64,000 bases of DNA, from positions 14,039 to 78,038 of IMG/VR virus record IMGVR_UViG_3300027820_000029; one strand, given 5' to 3'. Positions 1 through 8,313 of the stretch are shown here, one piece after another. The notes under the pieces are model-generated. The model was not told the DNA's origin, made no database searches, and saw nothing but the letters and a program-made list of their open reading frames with translations. The DNA is from a virus (lineage: Duplodnaviria; Caudoviricetes). A program made the translations under genes and the position numbers. Within the stretch, counting starts at the first letter, position 1. The number at the start of each line of letters is the position of its first letter.

Positions 1-101
1 GATAATACTCGCTGTAGTATAATATGCTCCGCTACTAGAGTAGATCCTAGTGCTGCAGCTAGTGATAAGATATGTATATTTGTAGCTATTAACTTCCACA
101 T
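1..101 (-). CDS. Partial hydrophobic hypothetical protein running off the window edge (MWKLIATNIHILSLAAALGS...)
   Basis: Read by hand: ATG at 101 after an AAGAG purine tract, open to the window start; not in the ORF track. Confidence 0.5.
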   Translation of the reverse strand, partial: MWKLIATNIHILSLAAALGSTLVAEHIILQRVL

Positions 102-271
102 TTATCTCTTTCCTTTAATATAATCAAATCAAATAACCAGCGTTGAAAAGTTGCTAAGTATTCATTTGGAATTTCTTCCCAGGTTTGTATTTCTTCTAAA
201 GATAGATTTAGCTCGTAAGCTACTTTTTCTTTAGTCCAACCACTTCCTATTAAAAAATCTTTAAGCCTCAA
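89..271 (-). CDS. Small hypothetical, possible HTH protein (WTKEKVAYELNLSLEEIQTWE)
   Basis: Track ORF 89..334; a TTG start at 271 with upstream AGGA removes most of the overlap with the phosphoesterase. Confidence 0.55.
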   Translation of the reverse strand: MRLKDFLIGSGWTKEKVAYELNLSLEEIQTWEEIPNEYLATFQRWLFDLIILKERDKCGS

Positions 272-1040
272 AACCAATTCCTTTTTTATCAAATTCAGGG
301 TTACGTTCATCATAGCCAAAGCCATAATAACCATGTGGATTAGCTAATACTCTAGTACCTTTTATAGTATAATCACTAGAGTTATGCATGTGACCGTGCA
401 CCCAGGTTAAAACCTTAGGTCCAAAGAAAGAAGACATGTCAGTATAATATGCCATAGTTAAAGCATCACATTTATAATATTCTAGGCTAGAAGTAATATG
501 AGGGGCAGTATGCGTCATCACTATAGCACGAGTTTCAGACTCTAGTGAATCTAAAGTTTTAGTTAAAAAATCTCTAAATTGGAAATGCATCTTAGTTGTA
601 ATTTGCGCGTTTATTCTAAAGTAGTTCTTTCCATCAAACCACTTAATTTTACGGTAATCATTTATATTAAATTGAGCAGCATTACCGGCTACTGGAGAGC
701 TAAGGTCTGTCCACATAGTTCCACCAATTAAAACTAAATCTGAGCCTAAAGGGACACAAGTGTTATTTAAGAAAATAACCCCTGTATCTTCTTCTACATT
801 GTTCATCATTTCTATAGACTTTTGAAATACTTGACCATAGCTTTCATGATTTCCAGCTATGATAAATACTTTCTCCCAGCCTTGAGTAGTACATTTAAGT
901 AAAAATTCTTTATAGGCAGAATATTGTGAGCATAGGCCAATATCTCCAGCTAAGAGGAGATAAGAGCTTTCTCCATCCCAGGCAGGGACAAAATCGTGCC
1001 CAAACTCTGCATGAATATCACTAAATAACTGAAACTTCAT
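261..1040 (-). CDS. Calcineurin-like metallophosphoesterase
   Basis: Motifs SDIH, AGDI, AGNHE, HTAP, HGHMH. Confidence 0.9.
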   Translation of the reverse strand: MKFQLFSDIHAEFGHDFVPAWDGESSYLLLAGDIGLCSQYSAYKEFLLKCTTQGWEKVFIIAGNHESYGQVFQKSIEMMNNVEEDTGVIFLNNTCVPLGSDLVLIGGTMWTDLSSPVAGNAAQFNINDYRKIKWFDGKNYFRINAQITTKMHFQFRDFLTKTLDSLESETRAIVMTHTAPHITSSLEYYKCDALTMAYYTDMSSFFGPKVLTWVHGHMHNSSDYTIKGTRVLANPHGYYGFGYDERNPEFDKKGIGFEA

Positions 1041-1308
1041 TTATTACCTCACATAACATATCAAAAGTAATATCAAAAATAGTATCTCCGTGTTCTAATC
1101 TTTCTTCATTAATAAACTTTCCTCGATGTATAAATTCATCACCACTTTCCCATAATTCAAAAAAGTTTAAAGTACCAGTACTACAAACATAAATTGGATT
1201 TTTAAAAAAGAAATCAATCTTAAATCCTGTAGAATGAGATTTAAATTTATGAGCTATTTTTCCAGAGCCTAATAGTTTTCTATTTCTAGTATATAAATAT
1301 ATCTTCAT
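1021..1308 (-). CDS. Hypothetical protein
   Basis: ORF tightly overlapping its neighbours in an operon. Confidence 0.6.
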   Translation of the reverse strand: MKIYLYTRNRKLLGSGKIAHKFKSHSTGFKIDFFFKNPIYVCSTGTLNFFELWESGDEFIHRGKFINEERLEHGDTIFDITFDMLCEVINEVSVI

Positions 1309-1529
1309 TTTCCTAATACTAGGTTATGCCAGCGTTCACATTGAATAGTAGTTTCTTGCAATTGTTGCGTTAGTCCGTTATTTTCTAGTTCAAGTTGCTT
1401 AACTAAGATTTCAATAGTTTCTAGTTCAGCTTGTACATGTTCATTTGTGCTAGCTTCAGCTAGCCGAGCAATTCGTTCGCTTATTTTCATTTGTGAGTTT
1501 TCCATTATCATCTTCCTTAAGAGTACCAA
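1305..1529 (-). CDS. Hypothetical coiled-coil protein
   Basis: ORF in operon; heptad-like composition. Confidence 0.6.
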   Translation of the reverse strand: MVLLRKMIMENSQMKISERIARLAEASTNEHVQAELETIEILVKQLELENNGLTQQLQETTIQCERWHNLVLGK

Positions 1530-1534
1530 ATATA

Positions 1535-1816
1535 TTATTCTAAGAATACTTCAGAGTAAAACTTAGCATCAATAGAGGCATCAGTAGAAGAAGAACGAAT
1601 AAAAATTAAGAGTTTTACTAGCTCCCATTCTGAGTAGTCAAAAGTAACTACCTTATTCTCATCAAAAGTAAGAATTATTTCATTACCAGTATCTTGGTAA
1701 TCTATAGCAGTTTTAGAGCAATAATCAGCAGTCCATTCTGAACCGTAATATTCAATTGCAGAAGGAGAGGTAAAACTATACTGTAGGGTATTGTCTAGAG
1801 AAATTAATTTTTGCAT
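1535..1816 (-). CDS. Hypothetical protein
   Basis: ORF directly downstream of the promoter at 1849-1876. Confidence 0.65.
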   Translation of the reverse strand: MQKLISLDNTLQYSFTSPSAIEYYGSEWTADYCSKTAIDYQDTGNEIILTFDENKVVTFDYSEWELVKLLIFIRSSSTDASIDAKFYSEVFLE

Positions 1817-1848
1817 ATTTTTGTAACCTTTTTGAGATTTAAAGTAAT

Positions 1849-1876
1849 ATTATACCAAATTTTAAGAGCGATGTCA
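1849..1876 (-). promoter_or_regulatory. sigma70-type promoter
   Basis: TTGACA-N16-TATAAT on the minus strand. Confidence 0.7.
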
Positions 1877-2000
1877 ACACATAAAAAATCGATGCTTATA
1901 CTAAAACCTAATAAAAACGGCTAGAGAAAAACTAAAGAAAAAGAGAGTTTTACAACTTTTTGCAACATTTATGAATATTTCTACATCTAAAAAATAGGTA

Positions 2001-2029
2001 TTGTAATTTGCTAAAAAATGTGCTATAAT
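2001..2029 (+). promoter_or_regulatory. sigma70-type promoter with no downstream ORF
   Basis: TTGTAA-N17-TATAAT with a TG extension. Confidence 0.55.
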
Positions 2030-2286
2030 ATAATAAATTAAGAGGGCTGAGAACAACAGAGACAATTTTTAAAAATTTTTCTCTGTAAAGAGATGAGTGG
2101 GTTGTTAAACCTCGCTATCAACCTATCATCACTGTTACGATAAAGAGAAAACTATAAATTTATAATAAATTGGCTAGGTGGTGGGAGAAGCCCCTTAATT
2201 TTGTCTAATAAAATTACAAATAAATTTGATTTTTTATGCTAAAATTAATATATAAATATTTTCTTATTTAAAAATATTAATTCAAT

Positions 2287-2330
2287 AAAATACCCCATTG
2301 AAAAAATTAAAACTTTCAATGGGGTTTTTT
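2287..2330. terminator. Bidirectional intrinsic terminator
   Basis: 12-bp stem ACCCCATTGAAA/TTTCAATGGGGT flanked by A and T runs. Confidence 0.8.
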
Positions 2331-2334
2331 CATT

Positions 2335-3198
2335 TTACCAAGGTTTATTTGTTTTATTACTAATAACTACATCTCTAGCTTTTGGTATTTTATCCCAATT
2401 ATATGGGTCTAAAATCATAGCACCACTAGTATCTCTTATACTAGCATTACCTAACCATAATTGAAGAAGCATCATTATTGCACCTTTTGGTACATGAATA
2501 ATTTCATATTTATCTTGATCCCATTCATCAACTTGATAATCAATAGAAGCGGCTTGATGCCCCCATGGAGCTTCACATTCTTCAGTTATTTTAGGGCTAG
2601 ATTCATCCCAAGCTTCATTAAGAACTTTAATACTAGCTAAATTACACTTATATGCTGTAGCAGGTTTTAATTCTCCTGAAGATTTAACAGTTAATGCTTG
2701 AATTCTAGCTTCTTTGAATTCTTCATCACTGTATTCTTTAAATGGGATAGGTTCAAGAATCCATTCTAGTCCTGAACCTAAAAAGTATTTTAGCATTTCA
2801 TCTTTTTTATCCCATGCTTCATACTTTATATTATTATTTAATTTATGCGCATACATAAATATAGGAGTCCAGGTACCAAATCTAGGATTTTTGGTTAATG
2901 ATTTACTTATTAGTTTACTTCTAGGAACATTATATATTGCTTTTAGCATAGATAATACTATTTCCTTAGGAATATCTCCATTAGGAGTATGTATTACATT
3001 AGGTATATTTTTAAATGTTTTAGTTGCATTAATTTTATTTTCATTACCATATAATTTAACTGAACTAAATATTGGTAATAAATGGTCCAATGATATTGTT
3101 TGTAATGCATTGGCAAATTTCCAATTTGTTAAACCATTATCTCTAGCAGTTTCAGCTTTATCTGCTATTTCTTTCCAGGGTATATCTTTAATATTCAT
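2335..3198 (-). CDS. Conserved hypothetical protein of T5-like phages
   Basis: 287 aa; segments KNPRFGTWTP, TVKSSGELKP and MLLQLWL resemble a T5-family hypothetical from memory. Confidence 0.7.
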   Translation of the reverse strand: MNIKDIPWKEIADKAETARDNGLTNWKFANALQTISLDHLLPIFSSVKLYGNENKINATKTFKNIPNVIHTPNGDIPKEIVLSMLKAIYNVPRSKLISKSLTKNPRFGTWTPIFMYAHKLNNNIKYEAWDKKDEMLKYFLGSGLEWILEPIPFKEYSDEEFKEARIQALTVKSSGELKPATAYKCNLASIKVLNEAWDESSPKITEECEAPWGHQAASIDYQVDEWDQDKYEIIHVPKGAIMMLLQLWLGNASIRDTSGAMILDPYNWDKIPKARDVVISNKTNKPW

Positions 3199-3560
3199 TC
3201 TTTTCCTTTTAATTTATTAATTTCATTTTGTAGGTTTTTAACTACATTAATTAATGTTAAAATTTCTAATTTATTTGCTTTTTGAACTGTTTCTAATTCT
3301 CCTTCCGGTAATTTACTCTCCTTTTCTAATGTCTGTACTAGCTGTACTTTAGTTTGTGGTTTATCTTTCGTTACTTTAGAAACTCTAAGATTAGGTATAT
3401 AAATCTTCATCTTAACAAGTTTCATTGTGATACTATTTTTAGGTTTATCTAAATGTTCGCACATTACTTTAATAGCATCAGCACGTTCTTCAGGTGTTTG
3501 ACATGCACTATAAATAGAATGCATGTATTTTTCGTCTTCTTCAGTATATTTTGGTTGCAT
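3195..3560 (-). CDS. A2-like small putative DNA-binding protein, paralogue 1
   Basis: KYTEE...SITMKLVKMKIY...RVSKVTKDKPQTK...KANKLEI pattern shared with 3724 and 6191. Confidence 0.65.
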   Translation of the reverse strand: MQPKYTEEDEKYMHSIYSACQTPEERADAIKVMCEHLDKPKNSITMKLVKMKIYIPNLRVSKVTKDKPQTKVQLVQTLEKESKLPEGELETVQKANKLEILTLINVVKNLQNEINKLKGKE

Positions 3561-3637
3561 TAAAAATTTACTCCTCGCATGATTTTACTTCGTAAAATCA
3601 AGCTTATATTTTTCATATTTTTTTAATTTGAAAATAT

Positions 3638-3666
3638 ATTATACAGAATTTAAGTTCATTTGTCAA
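3638..3666 (-). promoter_or_regulatory. sigma70-type promoter
   Basis: TTGACA-N17-TATAAT. Confidence 0.85.
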
Positions 3667-3685
3667 GAAGTATTTTTTATTTGTT

Positions 3686-3714
3686 AAAAAAAGACCCCCC
3701 CTAGGGAGGGGGCG
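3686..3714 (-). terminator. Intrinsic terminator
   Basis: C/G-rich hairpin followed by a U run on the minus strand. Confidence 0.7.
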
Positions 3715-3723
3715 TTTCTTAGT

Positions 3724-4080
3724 TTATTCTTTAACTCCCATTTCAGCATTTACACTTTGGGACATTCTGACAATAGCTTCCCAATGTGCAGTCAAGTCTC
3801 GCAGAGAGGCATTTTTATAAGAAGGTAGTTCAACACCATATACATTTTCCATGGCGGTAATAACATCTTCTTTGTTAACCTTGTTAACAGTAGCAGAAGG
3901 TTTAGCTTTAGGTACATAAACCTTTTCTGCTACAAGTTTACCACGTACTTGAGGTACTGTAACTTCAAACTCCTTGGCTAGTGCTTTAACTACTGCACTG
4001 CGTGTAGCATAGTCAGCTTCCTTAGAAGCATTATAGGTATCTAGCATGTGGCTAGTTTGCTGTGTTGTAAAATTACTCAT
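3724..4080 (-). CDS. A2-like small putative DNA-binding protein, paralogue 2
   Basis: NFTTQQ...VRGKLVAEKVY...NKEDVI...YKNASLRDL pattern; strong RBS and its own promoter. Confidence 0.7.
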   Translation of the reverse strand: MSNFTTQQTSHMLDTYNASKEADYATRSAVVKALAKEFEVTVPQVRGKLVAEKVYVPKAKPSATVNKVNKEDVITAMENVYGVELPSYKNASLRDLTAHWEAIVRMSQSVNAEMGVKE

Positions 4081-4144
4081 TTTTTCTTTCTCCTGGTTAA
4101 TTAATTTAATTTAAAAATTGAACTTTTTCTCATTCAATAAATAT

Positions 4145-4173
4145 ATTATACTTTGTTTTAGCAGAGGAGTCAA
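4145..4173 (-). promoter_or_regulatory. sigma70-type promoter
   Basis: TTGACT-N17-TATAAT. Confidence 0.85.
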
Positions 4174-4227
4174 GAGTTATATTTTGATTGCTTAAGGTAT
4201 CATTATTTATGTTTCATCATTATTGTT

Positions 4228-4363
4228 AGCTTCATCACTGTTTGCTTCATCACTGTGTTAGCTGTATCACTTGTACCACGCTGTATCACGCTTTATCGTT
4301 GTATCACGCTGTATCACGCTTCATCGTTGTATCATGCTGTATCACGCTTCATCGCTGTATCAC
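4228..4363. repeat. Non-coding tandem array of GCTGTATCAC / GCTTCATC units
   Basis: About a dozen 8-10 bp units read directly; dispersed copies near 4698-4708 and 4828-4845. Confidence 0.9.
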
Positions 4364-4883
4364 TTTCAAACTTTTATTCTCCCGCAGCACCGCTTGCGGG
4401 CCCGCTCCCACGTTTTATTTTGCAGCCGGCGCCCGTACAGTGATGGTCGGTGCACAGCATTTGGTTTCTATAAATTTGTGGGAATTTCTTAGTAATAAGG
4501 TAAGTTTCTTAAGATTGCTTAATTTTTGTTATTTTTTTTCGATATTTCTTAAAATTTCTTTGTTTTAATCAATTTCACGTTATAAATTTCGTTTTCTCAA
4601 GGTATCCTAACATATATCCTTAATGCAATTCAGAAAAATCTAGATAACGCTTCAGAATTTAACTTACATTATTCTGGACTCCTTTAATACTAACAGTCAC
4701 TGTATCACTGGAGTCGGGAAGTTATTTCTAGCCGAGCTGGAAAAAATTTTTTAGAAATTTTTGAAATTAGCGCGCGCAAAATCGTGCAGATGTTATTTTG
4801 GTACTCTTAAAAATTCGGGGAAATTACTTCATCGCTGTATCACTGTCTCCCTGGGTTGGGCTTAGGGAAAAATAAAAAAGTAC

Positions 4884-4913
4884 TTGACAAACCCTAGCCC
4901 GCTGTGATAAAAT
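4884..4913 (+). promoter_or_regulatory. Orphan sigma70-type promoter
   Basis: TTGACA-N18-TAAAAT with an upstream A-tract and GGCGCC after the -10. Confidence 0.65.
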
Positions 4914-4975
4914 GGCGCCCACGGAAGATACGAAAAAATATCGTTTTTGTACTCGCGCGGGCGCAGCAAAATTAT

Positions 4976-5557
4976 TTATAAATCAAGCATCTCTTCTTCT
5001 TCAGGGAATTCTAATTCTAACATTTGGTTATAATTTCCTAAGTATGAACCATCTGCCATATAAAACGCAGAAACAGTATCATCAACAAAACATGGTTGAT
5101 TTTCTTTATTAAATACTTCATATCCAAAGCGAGACATGTTATTCATGTTTATAGCTTCTTCTAGCTTTTTATCATATTCAGATTTTTCAATTATTTCAAC
5201 TTCATTAATTTTATCATCTTTATCAATTATTTCAACTTCATTAATTTTATCATCTTTATCAATTATTTCAACTTCATTAATTTTATCAATTATTTCAACT
5301 TTTTCAATTTTTTCAATTTTTTCAATTTTTTCAATTTTTTCAATTTTATCAAATTCTTTTAAAAATTTATCAATTTTTTCATCTACATTTAAAGGAATTC
5401 TATTTTTTCGATTTATTCCAAATTTCCCCGAATACCTCTGTGTTATTGCAGAAACTGACCTATGTGGTAAAAATTTTTCCTGTATTTCTTGGTCTGTCAT
5501 ATTTGTACTTTTATGAATTTTTTTAAGTAATTCATCTTCTTTATTTTGCCAATGCAT
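4976..5557 (-). CDS. Protein with Myb/SANT-like N-terminus and low-complexity repeats
   Basis: WQNKEDELL...HRSVSAITQR; (KIE)n and (DKINEVEIIDKD)n repeats; promoter at 5627-5655. Confidence 0.7.
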   Translation of the reverse strand: MHWQNKEDELLKKIHKSTNMTDQEIQEKFLPHRSVSAITQRYSGKFGINRKNRIPLNVDEKIDKFLKEFDKIEKIEKIEKIEKIEKVEIIDKINEVEIIDKDDKINEVEIIDKDDKINEVEIIEKSEYDKKLEEAINMNNMSRFGYEVFNKENQPCFVDDTVSAFYMADGSYLGNYNQMLELEFPEEEEMLDL

Positions 5558-5626
5558 TTTAACTCCTTTATATATCTAAATTATTTTAACTATTTTAAAT
5601 AAATGAATTATTTCATTTATTTTAAT

Positions 5627-5655
5627 ATTATACCAAATTTTAAAATATTTGTCAA
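5627..5655 (-). promoter_or_regulatory. sigma70-type promoter
   Basis: TTGACA-N17-TATAAT. Confidence 0.85.
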
Positions 5656-5879
5656 GCAACTTTTTTTATGGATTAATTTAGTACTTAGATTTAGTACATT
5701 ACTTTAGTACTTAGATTTAGTACTTTATTAATATGTAAAAATCGAATCGGTACTCTACTCAGCCAGCCAAAGGCGCAAGCGCCTATTAGAATATGTTTAT
5801 ATTCTAATATAATAATATTAGCAAATTCTAATATAAGTTCAGCTTATACCCCCATAAAAAAATTTTGTGCAAAAAAGAC

Positions 5880-6004
5880 TTGACCGCCGGTGATTGGCCA
5901 TGTTATACTGGTAGTAGCGTGCTCGCGCGAGCGGCGCCTATAAGAATTTTTTATGCCATTATAAAAAACTTTTGCTTGACAAGGCATCCAGCCTAGTGTA
6001 CCAT
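5880..6004 (+). promoter_or_regulatory. Two tandem orphan sigma70-type promoters
   Basis: TTGACC-N18-TATACT (5880-5909) and TTGACA-N17-TACCAT (5976-6004). Confidence 0.6.
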
Positions 6005-6114
6005 GGTATTGTGGGAGACTCGGGTCCTAGGGACGGCGCAATACCGTCAATAAATTGACGGTATTCTGGGGCAGCAGTATATTAGAATATTCTAATATAC
6101 TGCTATTCGAATGC

Positions 6115-6183
6115 AAAAAAAGGCCCCGCCAATTTTTTGGCGGAGCCTGGTTAAAAAGTGGCGGGGAAATTCTCCCCGCCGGA
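6115..6183 (-). terminator. Tandem terminator hairpins after the A2-like gene
   Basis: GGCGGGGA/TCCCCGCC and GGC.CCGCCAA/TTGGCGG.GCC stems with U runs on the minus strand. Confidence 0.7.
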
Positions 6184-6190
6184 TTAGCGA

Positions 6191-6607
6191 TTAACTGCTA
6201 AGATAGTTTGATACATCGTTATAGCGAGCCGCCATTGTATTGACGCTTTCGACATACACGATCAAAGCCGTTAAATCGGTCTTGTTGAGCTTCTCAGCGG
6301 AAACAAGGTTTAAACCTACCATCTCAACAAATTGCGCGGCCAAAACATCCTTTTTTGCTGGAGCAGCGCCGGTAACACTTGAAACCTTTTCTTTCGGCCG
6401 ATAGAGCTTCTCAAGCTCTCCAGTTGCGTTTTCAAAGGTCATAGGAGCAAGTTTAGCGATAACACCCTTCCAGGATTTTCCGAGATCCGCCGCAATCTGG
6501 CGAACAACAGAATCGCGCATTTCCTGATCTTCATCCCGTACCGCAGTATAGCGGTCACGAATTTCCGAAATCATAGTTTCGGTATAGTTCGGGGTTTTTG
6601 TAGCCAT
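6191..6607 (-). CDS. T5 A2-like pre-early DNA-binding protein
   Basis: NYTE...GVIAKL...LYRPKEKVSSVTGAAPAKK...EKLNKTDL resembles T5 A2 from memory; lies near the dmp-like gene. Confidence 0.65.
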   Translation of the reverse strand: MATKTPNYTETMISEIRDRYTAVRDEDQEMRDSVVRQIAADLGKSWKGVIAKLAPMTFENATGELEKLYRPKEKVSSVTGAAPAKKDVLAAQFVEMVGLNLVSAEKLNKTDLTALIVYVESVNTMAARYNDVSNYLSS

Positions 6608-6661
6608 AGTGCATTTTCTCCGGTAAATTCAGGTCGGGACCATTCCCGACCTGATGTAAAC

Positions 6662-6690
6662 ATTATATAGAAGTGTTAACCTGGTGTCAA
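6662..6690 (-). promoter_or_regulatory. sigma70-type promoter with a 5' hairpin
   Basis: TTGACA-N17-TATAAT, then an 11-bp stem TCAGGTCGGGA/TCCCGACCTGA. Confidence 0.85.
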
Positions 6691-6704
6691 CACTTTATTT
6701 CACT

Positions 6705-7430
6705 TTATTTTGCAATAAAGTGATTTTTCACTTGCATTTGTCTCCAGTCTGGTTTTTTCAGATCCACTAAATTTTTCAAAGCCCGACGTTTTGTAATGGC
6801 TCTCAAAATCGGTAACTCATAGTCTATAATATCCTCCAGAGCTGTATGTGGTTCGTTTGGCAAATCTGGGTTACCTAGCAAAAAACGTGCCATAATTTCA
6901 GCGTTAGCTTTATAAGACATATTGCCGAATTTTGTAGGATTATTAAAACCATGCACATCCAAAACAAATTCCCGATACTTTTTAGATTGCGCCCAAATAT
7001 CCGCAGCTGCGGCCCATAGACAAAATCGTTTTGAAAAACCCGTTAAATCAATTCCGGTTTTTTCACACTTGTCAACATCGAAAGGCAAGTTATACGCAGT
7101 CAAAAATGGGTCATAGTTTACTTTAACCCTATCTAACCAACGATTAATAGCCGATGCACTGGCTAACATACGCGAGCCACCTTCTAACATACGGGAATAA
7201 ACATCATACCGTTTTGACAAGCTGTCCCGATTCCAGATTGAGTCTACTGGAGCAGAGTTATCATAGAATAGTGGATGCGATTCCCGATTATTATAAACCC
7301 CGGCAACTAATACCGCACATTGTGCCGTTGTATTACCTTTACGATCAACCACCACAGCAGCAAAATCTGCTACTTTATCCGTCCGAGTTGTTTCTGTGTC
7401 AATAATACAAATAAACTGCTTTTTAGCCAT
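6705..7430 (-). CDS. DEDD/DnaQ-like 3'-5' exonuclease
   Basis: ExoI IIDTETT, ExoII AYNLPFD, ExoIII HTALED. Confidence 0.85.
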   Translation of the reverse strand: MAKKQFICIIDTETTRTDKVADFAAVVVDRKGNTTAQCAVLVAGVYNNRESHPLFYDNSAPVDSIWNRDSLSKRYDVYSRMLEGGSRMLASASAINRWLDRVKVNYDPFLTAYNLPFDVDKCEKTGIDLTGFSKRFCLWAAAADIWAQSKKYREFVLDVHGFNNPTKFGNMSYKANAEIMARFLLGNPDLPNEPHTALEDIIDYELPILRAITKRRALKNLVDLKKPDWRQMQVKNHFIAK

Positions 7431-7433
7431 AAT

Positions 7434-7916
7434 TTAATATCCTTGTTTTGACGGGGTGTATACCCCGACCGCAGAGAGATTATCGCACACCTTGCCTAGA
7501 TAGTCAAGGTTATCCTCAAAAAAAGTTATAGGTAAATCTCGAAACTGTTTAAGCTGTCGAAACATTGACAACCATTTAACCTTGAGTAACGCGCCGCTGG
7601 TATTTTGACCTTTTAGCCTACCGAAAATTTTATCTGGTATACCAAGGTGTTTAGCGATAAAATCCAGGTCTGGTTTTTTTAAAACCCGCGCAGTAGCGAT
7701 AACCACATAAATTTCAGGGTTGTCAATATCTTGACGGTATTTTTTTGCCAGTGGCAAAAGCGAATCCCTAGCGATTTTTTCTGGCGTGCTGTTTTTTCGC
7801 CAATACGCCAGGTCAATTTTCGTGCCACATGGCAAAGTTTTGTAACGATGTAGGCTACAAATTATCGTACCATCCAAATCATATACGTTAATTTTTTTAA
7901 GCATTCCAAACTCCAA
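7434..7916 (-). CDS. dmp: HAD-family deoxynucleoside-5'-monophosphatase, T5 Dmp-like
   Basis: YDLDGTIICSLHR, DSLLPL, IATARVL and FEDN match T5 Dmp motifs as recalled (WDLDGTIINSFHR, DTLLPL, ICTARLM). Confidence 0.8.
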   Translation of the reverse strand: MEFGMLKKINVYDLDGTIICSLHRYKTLPCGTKIDLAYWRKNSTPEKIARDSLLPLAKKYRQDIDNPEIYVVIATARVLKKPDLDFIAKHLGIPDKIFGRLKGQNTSGALLKVKWLSMFRQLKQFRDLPITFFEDNLDYLGKVCDNLSAVGVYTPSKQGY

Positions 7917-8109
7917 AACTGTTTGCTATCAGAAAGTAAGATTGTAACAGAAACAAGCTGTGTTGTCTAGTCTTTTTGAACAATATTAACAAAAAAAGAC
8001 AACTAATTATTCCTACAATAAATCCGCCAAAATAATGGCGACTAGAAAGTAGGCCAAAACCCACAGCGGCAAAAAACGTGCCAACATATTCAAAATATTT
8101 TTCATTCAT
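7897..8109 (-). CDS. Small multi-pass membrane protein
   Basis: Start moved to MNEKYF (GAGG 8 nt upstream); hydrophobic helices. Confidence 0.7.
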   Translation of the reverse strand: MNEKYFEYVGTFFAAVGFGLLSSRHYFGGFIVGIISCLFLLILFKKTRQHSLFLLQSYFLIANSFGVWNA

Positions 8110-8181
8110 AATCTGTGCCTCAATTCCAGAAACAGAATTATCGCATATCGCAATATCTTTGTATATACCCCATTTGGGGTA

Positions 8182-8313
8182 TTGACAACCCACAGGCGGC
8201 TGTGGTATAATGGCGCCTCCGTCAAAAATCTGGCACCATGCAAAATCTGTGCCAATTTATTTTGTCAATATCCACAAATAGGTATTGACACCAGGCAGCG
8301 GCTCCTGTATAAT
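8182..8313 (+). promoter_or_regulatory. Two tandem orphan sigma70-type promoters
   Basis: TTGACA-N18-TATAAT (8182-8211) and TTGACA-N17-TATAAT (8285-8313). Confidence 0.75.

Noticed and set aside
2714-3220. Plus-strand 168-aa ORF, and similar antisense ORFs at 5136, 36326, 43404, 56776
   Set aside because: Shadows of well-supported genes on the opposite strand
4228-4363. Repeat array as CRISPR, LexA boxes or DnaA boxes
   Set aside because: No unique spacers, no CTGT-N8-ACAG and no TTATNCACA match
4242-4568. Three overlapping plus-strand ORFs (4242, 4255, 4271)
   Set aside because: Translations merely mirror the GCTGTATCAC repeat; no RBS; all frames open because the repeat lacks stops
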